This document shows, piece after piece, positions 58,715 through 64,000 of a stretch of DNA of 64,000 nucleotides. Position numbers and translations under genes: made by a program. A model generated the notes under the pieces. It was given only the letters and a program-made list of their open reading frames with translations. It had not been told where the DNA came from and made no database searches. How positions within the stretch are numbered: position 1 is the stretch's first letter; each line of letters opens with the position of its first letter. The stretch comes from Candidatus Doudnabacteria bacterium (GTDB lineage Bacteria > Patescibacteriota > Doudnabacteria > UBA920 > O2-02-FULL-48-8): positions 99,203 to 163,202 of the forward strand of contig JACPFQ010000004.1 in NCBI GenBank assembly GCA_016182875.1. Reading direction: 5' to 3'.

Positions 58715-59716
58715 CTAGGCAGCCAATCCTAATTCCTCTTCCGGCGGCTGGGCAGCTTGAATGCGCGCTTCGATTCTTCGCCGAAGCATGGGGTCGACCG
58801 AAGTTAAATTCAATTCTTTGAGCAGCGGCAGAGCTTGCAGAGGTTTATTTGGGTCAGAGACCTCGGTTCTGAGCTGCTCCAAAAATTTCTCGGAAAAAAA
58901 TTGTCGCGCCAGCTCCTGGAAATCGGAGCGTGCTAGATCTTCGCCCTCCAATTTGCCACGCAACATTGCCTGCCAAACCGTCTGAGGCGAAACCCCAGTC
59001 TCTCGTGACAAATGGTCAATCATGATCTCAACCAAACTTATTTCCAAGTCATAAACTTTGTGGCGATGATCATCCGCGAACAGTGCTTTGAGCTTTTCTG
59101 TATTCGCCCGGTCTACAAAATCAGGATGGGCCTGCAGATATTCCAGCACGATTACACGCGACCGTTTCTCATTCAGTCCTTCCTCGAGTATGTCATAAGT
59201 GTCGTATTCCTCCGATACATCCTCATCGTTTGCATGATACAAGCTATAGCCGCGGCGGAGCAGATAATTTGGACTGTCACCTTCCTCGCCAAACATTCCG
59301 GTACAGTCACTTTTGGAAACGGCGTGCCCTTCTTCGTGGACCACAAACCACAGCCATAACAGTTCAGCTGGGAGTTGCCATCGTTTGGCGTGATTACGCA
59401 GTACGTCGGGATTCGCAAGTATGTGGTTGTCAGTGACCGAATAAAGTCCCTGGTGATCCAAAGTGCGGTCAACTGTAAACATCTCGGCGGGAATAAAATT
59501 CAAACTGTTTGGGTCAATATCAGTATGGATTAGGTCTCTGCCAAATCGATGCTTGAGCCATTCGAAATCAATTTTTGCCAGTACCTGCTCCATTTCCGGG
59601 TCACGCTCAGATTCGTGGATTTCTTTACGGACTTTTGACTCGCGTGCCGCTATTATCCCAGGGTCATCAGGCAAGCCTTGTAAATTGTAATATTCTCGAC
59701 TCCGTCTCATGGCCAT
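58715..59716 (-). CDS. Hypothetical protein with an HExxH zinc-metallopeptidase-like motif (VVHEEGHAV), co-oriented with and overlapping the valS stop
   Basis: HEEGH motif; 10-nt overlap with valS suggests co-transcription. Confidence 0.5.
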   Translation of the reverse strand: MAMRRSREYYNLQGLPDDPGIIAARESKVRKEIHESERDPEMEQVLAKIDFEWLKHRFGRDLIHTDIDPNSLNFIPAEMFTVDRTLDHQGLYSVTDNHILANPDVLRNHAKRWQLPAELLWLWFVVHEEGHAVSKSDCTGMFGEEGDSPNYLLRRGYSLYHANDEDVSEEYDTYDILEEGLNEKRSRVIVLEYLQAHPDFVDRANTEKLKALFADDHRHKVYDLEISLVEIMIDHLSRETGVSPQTVWQAMLRGKLEGEDLARSDFQELARQFFSEKFLEQLRTEVSDPNKPLQALPLLKELNLTSVDPMLRRRIEARIQAAQPPEEELGLAA

Positions 59717-61896
59717 TTTTGTATCATCAGTAAATCTTCATGCGTCAACTGCCAGACGGTTTCGGTCACGAAGGGCATGAACGGATGTAGAAGTTTTAAT
59801 TGGGTTTCCAGCGCAGTTTTAAGCATAAGTTGGGCTGACGCTCTGGTTTTTTCGTCAGCCAGTTTGGACTTGGATTCTTCGATGATTTTGTCGGCAAAGG
59901 TATGCCAGAAGTAATGGTAGAGGTCTTCGGCCGCATGGGCAAAGTCGAATTTTTCGAGCTGTTTCGTGATGCTTTTAACGAGAGAATCAAGCTCTTCGAG
60001 AATTTTTTTATCCGCAGGCAATAACGCCCCCGCTTTGGGTTGGGCTTTTTTACCCAGCCCCCGGCGGCTGGTGAGGGAGGAAGTTTCTCTTAATTTAAGA
60101 GGGGGTTGGGGGGAGTTATAATCCTCGGTGTTTTGCAGCACAAACCTTGCCGCATTCCAAATTTTGTTGGCAAAATTGCGATAACCCTTGACTTTCATTT
60201 CATCATACTTACTGTCATTGCCAGGGCCCACGCCGACAACGAGAGCCATACGCAATGCATCTGCTCCATATTTTTGGATGACTTCTACGGGGTCAATGCC
60301 GGTACCCTGCGATTTGCTGAATTTTTTGCCTTCAATGTTGCGAACCATGCCGTGCAAATAAACGACTTGAAAAGGAACTTCTCCCAGAAGAAACGTGCTC
60401 ATTAGAATCATTCTAGCCACCCAGAAGAACAGGATTTCATACCCCGGCGCCATGACGGAGGTGGGGTGGAAGGTTTTCAAATCTTGTATTTCTTTGGGCC
60501 ATCCCAAAGTAGAGAAAGTCCAAAGCGCAGATGAAAACCAGGTGTCGAGCGTATCTTCGTCTTGCGTCCAGCCATCTTCTTTTGGAGGTTCGATATCGCA
60601 ATAGATTGTAGTACCTTTATACCAAACTGGAATTCGATGACCGTACCAAAGCTGGCGGCTGATGTTCCAGTCGCGCAGATTGTCTATCCAGTTAAAATAA
60701 ACTTTTTCAAAGCGTTCGGGCAGGATCTTAACCCCACCGCTTCTTACGGCATTGTGCATTAACTGCTTCAGGCTTGTCTTTTTGCCATTTCTTTCGAATT
60801 CTTTGTTGACATCCACGAACCATTGCAGCTTGGGCAGAGGTTCGATAACCCCGCTGCTTCTCTCGGCTGTCGCGATGTTCATATCTATGTCTTCGGTTTT
60901 TTCCAGCAGGCCATTTTCTTTCAGCCAGCTGACTATTATCTCGCGCGCTTCTTTGGTTTTTTTCCCGGCCACCAGCGCGCCTGCCGCTTCAATCATGCGG
61001 GCATATTCATTGATGACCTGAACAGGCTTAAGATTTTGCCTAAGTGCTATTTCATAGTCGGTAATGCTGTGGGCTGGAGTCACGCCCACAGCGCCTGTGC
61101 CGAATTCCGGGTCGACTGTATCGTCAGCCACGATTTTTATGTTCAATTTGGTTCCGGCGAATTCGACTTCATATTCTTTGCCGATGAATTTTTTGTACCG
61201 TTTGTCCTTTGGGTTGACAGCCACGGCCACGTCGCCGACCTTGGTTTCGGGTCTGGTGGTGGCAATGGCAATCGGGAAATCTTTGGAATATTTGAAGGTA
61301 TAAAGTTGGCCTTTTTCGGTTTTATGCACGACCTCGTCGTCGGAAACGGATGTTTGGCCTTTCGGGTCCCAGTTGATAACGCGGGTGCCGCGGTAGATAA
61401 GCCCTTCATCGTACATTTTTTTAAACGCCGTGCGCACCGCCAGATTGCGCGGCTCGTCAAAAGTGAACGCCTCGCGCGACCAATCCGCCGAAGCGCCTAT
61501 GGTCCTGAGCTGCTTTTGGATAGTGCCCCGACTTGCGTCCACGAACTCCTCGACTTTTTTGACAAAAGCTTCGCGACCGATATCATGCCGATTTTTACCT
61601 TCTTCTTTGATCAGAATTTTTTCTACTTTGGTATTGGTCGCAATTGCGGCATGGTCCGTTCCCGGGAGCCAAAGGGTCTTATCTCCCTTCATCCGATGAT
61701 AGCGTGTCAAAATATCCTGGATCGAGGTCTCAAATGCATGACCGATATGAAGCGTGCCCGTGGCATTGGGGGGAGGCATCATAATCGTGAACGGCTCGCC
61801 TTCGAGATTGTCCGGGTTGAAATATCCCGATGATTCCCACAGTTTGTACACATTTGGCTCGCCGGCTTGATTATAGTGCTTAGGGATGTTTTGCAT
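59707..61896 (-). CDS. valS: Valyl-tRNA synthetase (short form lacking a C-terminal coiled coil), carrying an in-frame palindromic-element insertion
   Basis: HIGH (TGTLHIGHA), KMSKS-like (KKFSKSQG), ValRS editing-domain blocks; the inserted segment is SPQPPLKLRETSSLTSRRGLGKKAQPKAG. Confidence 0.88.
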   Translation of the reverse strand: MQNIPKHYNQAGEPNVYKLWESSGYFNPDNLEGEPFTIMMPPPNATGTLHIGHAFETSIQDILTRYHRMKGDKTLWLPGTDHAAIATNTKVEKILIKEEGKNRHDIGREAFVKKVEEFVDASRGTIQKQLRTIGASADWSREAFTFDEPRNLAVRTAFKKMYDEGLIYRGTRVINWDPKGQTSVSDDEVVHKTEKGQLYTFKYSKDFPIAIATTRPETKVGDVAVAVNPKDKRYKKFIGKEYEVEFAGTKLNIKIVADDTVDPEFGTGAVGVTPAHSITDYEIALRQNLKPVQVINEYARMIEAAGALVAGKKTKEAREIIVSWLKENGLLEKTEDIDMNIATAERSSGVIEPLPKLQWFVDVNKEFERNGKKTSLKQLMHNAVRSGGVKILPERFEKVYFNWIDNLRDWNISRQLWYGHRIPVWYKGTTIYCDIEPPKEDGWTQDEDTLDTWFSSALWTFSTLGWPKEIQDLKTFHPTSVMAPGYEILFFWVARMILMSTFLLGEVPFQVVYLHGMVRNIEGKKFSKSQGTGIDPVEVIQKYGADALRMALVVGVGPGNDSKYDEMKVKGYRNFANKIWNAARFVLQNTEDYNSPQPPLKLRETSSLTSRRGLGKKAQPKAGALLPADKKILEELDSLVKSITKQLEKFDFAHAAEDLYHYFWHTFADKIIEESKSKLADEKTRASAQLMLKTALETQLKLLHPFMPFVTETVWQLTHEDLLMIQKWP
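60022..60118. mobile_element. Second copy of the MITE-like palindromic element, in frame inside valS
   Basis: TAACGCCCCCGCTTTG ... GGGGGGAGTTA termini; internal CCCCCTCTTAAATTAAGAG palindrome; same family as the uvrB copy. Confidence 0.5.
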
Positions 61897-61931
61897 AGTA
61901 AATTAGTAACAAGAAACAAGAAATAAGATTG

Positions 61932-62285
61932 CTAATTCTTTTTATTTTGTATCAGCTTTGAGAGCATTTTTTGAACTTCAGTCAATAAACTTATCGCTTT
62001 TGTGTAGTCGATTTTGGGATACCTGTCGCGGCAAATGATTAATTGTGTTTCTAACTCGCAACTGGAAGCATAAGCGATTTCTAAAAAGCGAATAAATTCC
62101 ATTTTTCTATTTCGAGACCAGCCCTCAGCGATGTTCGAGGGAATTGAAATAGCACAGCGAAGCATTTGAGCTAAAAGAATAAACTGCTCTTGTTTAGGCA
62201 GTAAGTCCCCAATATCATAAATTAACTTTACCAGCTCAATCGATTTTCGCCAAACAATCAAATCTTTATACCCTGCGTAAGCCAT
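61932..62285 (-). CDS. Four-helix-bundle protein (23S rRNA intervening-sequence protein family)
   Basis: KDLIVWRKSIELVKLIY...IPSNIAEGWSR, typical of TIGR02436. Confidence 0.75.
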   Translation of the reverse strand: MAYAGYKDLIVWRKSIELVKLIYDIGDLLPKQEQFILLAQMLRCAISIPSNIAEGWSRNRKMEFIRFLEIAYASSCELETQLIICRDRYPKIDYTKAISLLTEVQKMLSKLIQNKKN

Positions 62286-62329
62286 AGTTTGTTCTAATTA
62301 CTTGTCTCTATTTTCTAATTACTAATAGC

Positions 62330-63760
62330 TCACCACAGGACCGGCTGCAATGCCGTAGTTTTGCTATCGTAGTATTTATAATTATTACCGCCTTCTTGTT
62401 TGGCCTGGTACAAAGCGTCATCGGCGTTGTTGAGCAGCACGTTGGCCGTGGCCCCGTCTTTGGGAAAGGTGCTGATGCCAATGGAAAAGGTCAGATACAA
62501 TTCAAATTTATTGGACAGCTTGAACGGGTCTTGGAAAGTTGCTTGAATGCGCTCAATGACCTGGTCAACTTGTTTGAAGGATACCAGGCTCGTCAACAAA
62601 ACCACGAATTCGTCCCCGCCAAAGCGCGAAACCGTGTCGCTGCGCTTGATATTTTTTTTGAGCCTTTGCGCGACCTGTTTGAGCAGCTGGTCACCCATCA
62701 AATGCCCCAAAGCGTCATTTATCAATTTGAAGCGGTCAAGGTCCATGAATAAAACAGCAAATTTTTTATGTTCTTTCTGGCCGCTCCTGATGGAAGCGTT
62801 TAATTTCTTGGTAAAAAGAGGCCGGTTGGGAAGTCCTGTGAGGCTGTCATGGAACGCCGCATGCCTGATTTTCTTCTCGCCTTTTTTTATTTCCCTCAAA
62901 TCACGGAAGATGGCCAAAAGATGCGGACTTTGTCCGGGCAGGTTGACGTACTGCAGCGACATTTCAGCGGGGATTTTCCGGTTGGCCGGCGAAGTTAAGG
63001 TGACTTCAAAAATCGAAGAAGGTATTTTTTGGCTGACAATGCGGTTAAGCCGTTTTTGGAAAATTTTTTGAAACGAAGAGTGAATGATTTTGTTGATTTG
63101 AGCATTTGTCAGTTGGGATTTTTTGAGACCTGTCTGGTCCAGCAAGCTTTTATTCAAATAAGATACTCGCCGGGAAATAGGGTCAAAAATCAACAGGGGT
63201 TCGGGCGTGTTATCAAGCGTATGTTTAATATCACGCAGATTGTGGTGCAGTCGGCTTAGAGCTATAGCCTGAGCTGTGGCGTTGCCCAGGGCTGCGCTGA
63301 GACTTTTTTCTTCTTGAGTAAAGTTGTGATTTTTTTTAAAACAAAGAATAATGTTGCCGTAGGTATGCGTTCTATAGGAAATTGGAAGAATCACGTAGCT
63401 CTTAACATAAGGCTGAATCGGACTTCCGGGCCTTCTCAGACGTGCTGCAAAAAAAGGAGCCTTGGTCCGAAGGACTTTGTAGTTTAATCCTTCTTTATTA
63501 GGGGAGGGCGGCTGGTAGGGCAGCCCTTTCGTTTTATAGGCCAATTTAAATTTACTCCCAGTGTTTGATTTAAACCAAGCAAACCCAAAGTCCGCATTTA
63601 GGATTCTAAGTCCTGTATTGGTAAATTTTTTAATTATTCTCGCTTCGTCTTTAATGCCTAAAGATTCAAGAGTAGTCAGATTTATAAGCGCAATTTTGTC
63701 TAAAATGGATGGCTTTGAAATTTTCATATTATGTAAGAAAACTGCAGGCAGGAAGAACAA
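62330..63760 (-). CDS. Diguanylate cyclase (GGDEF) with N-terminal sensory (GAF/PAS-like) domains
   Basis: RFGGDEFVVLL GGDEF motif, DSLTGLPNR; the start codon is uncertain (TTG at the track start, or ATG at M12). Confidence 0.85.
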   Translation of the reverse strand: MFFLPAVFLHNMKISKPSILDKIALINLTTLESLGIKDEARIIKKFTNTGLRILNADFGFAWFKSNTGSKFKLAYKTKGLPYQPPSPNKEGLNYKVLRTKAPFFAARLRRPGSPIQPYVKSYVILPISYRTHTYGNIILCFKKNHNFTQEEKSLSAALGNATAQAIALSRLHHNLRDIKHTLDNTPEPLLIFDPISRRVSYLNKSLLDQTGLKKSQLTNAQINKIIHSSFQKIFQKRLNRIVSQKIPSSIFEVTLTSPANRKIPAEMSLQYVNLPGQSPHLLAIFRDLREIKKGEKKIRHAAFHDSLTGLPNRPLFTKKLNASIRSGQKEHKKFAVLFMDLDRFKLINDALGHLMGDQLLKQVAQRLKKNIKRSDTVSRFGGDEFVVLLTSLVSFKQVDQVIERIQATFQDPFKLSNKFELYLTFSIGISTFPKDGATANVLLNNADDALYQAKQEGGNNYKYYDSKTTALQPVLW

Positions 63761-63774
63761 GGCTTCCCGCCTGG

Positions 63775-64000
63775 TTAAACGGCACTGAAGGTCCAGGCTG
63801 CGATGGTCTTGTAACCATCGTAGTAGGAGTGTGTCGCCCGGTTGTGCGCTTTGATTTTGCGTCCAGCGCCCCGGGAGAGATTGACCACGACCTGGCGGAC
63901 CGTCACTGGCTGGCTGTGAACTCGGCTGGCGCTTGGGTTGTCGTCCGCAAACGCCTGGATGACGATGACCTCACACTGCTTGTTTGGATCGGCTTCTGCC
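63775..64000 (-). CDS. C-terminal fragment of a GC-rich gene running off the window (…VIVIQAFADDNPSASRVHSQPVTVRQVVVNLSRGAGRKIKAHNRATHSYYDGYKTIAAWTFSAV*)
   Basis: Hand translation of the minus strand; G+C clearly higher than the adjacent GGDEF gene; the stop is at ~63775. Confidence 0.35.
   Translation of the reverse strand, partial: AEADPNKQCEVIVIQAFADDNPSASRVHSQPVTVRQVVVNLSRGAGRKIKAHNRATHSYYDGYKTIAAWTFSAV

Noticed and set aside
60823-61833. 336-aa plus-strand ORF inside valS, and 38646..39536 (-) inside polA, 12670..13626 (-) inside the PBP gene, 50474..50860 / 51698..52174 (-) inside rpoB, 54111..54590 (-) inside rpoC
   Set aside because: All are antisense to strongly conserved housekeeping genes and lack RBS or recognisable domains.

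Overview
Coordinates for CDSs come from the ORF track; features I located by hand (tRNAs, hairpins, repeats, element ends) may be off by 1-2 nt.

The window looks like part of a small bacterial genome. I estimate the backbone at mid-to-high 40s % G+C by eye; I did not compute it. The gene content and order look most consistent with a Patescibacteria/CPR-like organism, but that is an inference from a short PolA, a short ValRS, a 23S-IVS-type four-helix-bundle gene and many small hypothetical proteins.

Core content:
- The replication-origin neighbourhood is present: jag-yidC-yidD-rnpA-rpmH on the minus strand, diverging from dnaA-dnaN-recF on the plus strand. rpmH is missing from the ORF track and I called it by hand.
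- Other housekeeping genes include gyrA, rpsA, rsmI, yebC, tyrS, a PBP1A, polA, ppa, rpsT, uvrB, murE-like, tsaB, tsaE, rpoB/rpoC, valS, pepA and a PilB/GspE ATPase. ruvC, ruvB and ruvA are dispersed.
- Two tRNAs (Cys-GCA, Leu-UAA) follow a promoter and a ~120-nt structured leader.

Main observations:
1. A roughly 6-kb island at 22.1-28.2 kb with much higher G+C (about 60-65 % by eye) and strong AGGAGG ribosome-binding sites sits where gyrB usually follows recF. It encodes two paralogous two-module cell-surface proteins, a small leader gene and a secreted bifunctional-looking peptidoglycan hydrolase. The two-module proteins combine TSP3-like Ca-binding repeats, FN3 and Ig-like domains, a second internal signal peptide and coiled-coil C-termini. 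The second paralog has an internal GGAGGA-ATG start exactly at the internal signal peptide.
2. A family of ~100-bp palindromic MITE-like elements (terminal repeats TAAC(T/G)CCCCCGCTTTG...GGGGGGAGTTA, core CCCCCTCTTA-N3-TAAGAGGGGG) is inserted in frame inside uvrB and valS. A mini-copy forms the recF terminator, and a different palindromic element lies between ruvA and femAB. This resembles the in-frame palindromic elements of Rickettsia.
3. A ~75-90-bp AT-rich promoter/leader cassette occurs three times, each ending at an ATG.
4. A GC-rich nested-palindrome element lies after rpoC, and CTCCGAC...GTCGGAG hairpin repeats occur in two intergenic regions.
5. A small GC-rich islet next to tyrS carries two translationally coupled small genes.
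6. There is an RHH-PIN toxin-antitoxin pair.
7. An EamA transporter is split by a frameshift at a T6 run.
8. GC-rich foreign-looking DNA resumes at the 3' window edge.

No CRISPR array and no rRNA were seen.
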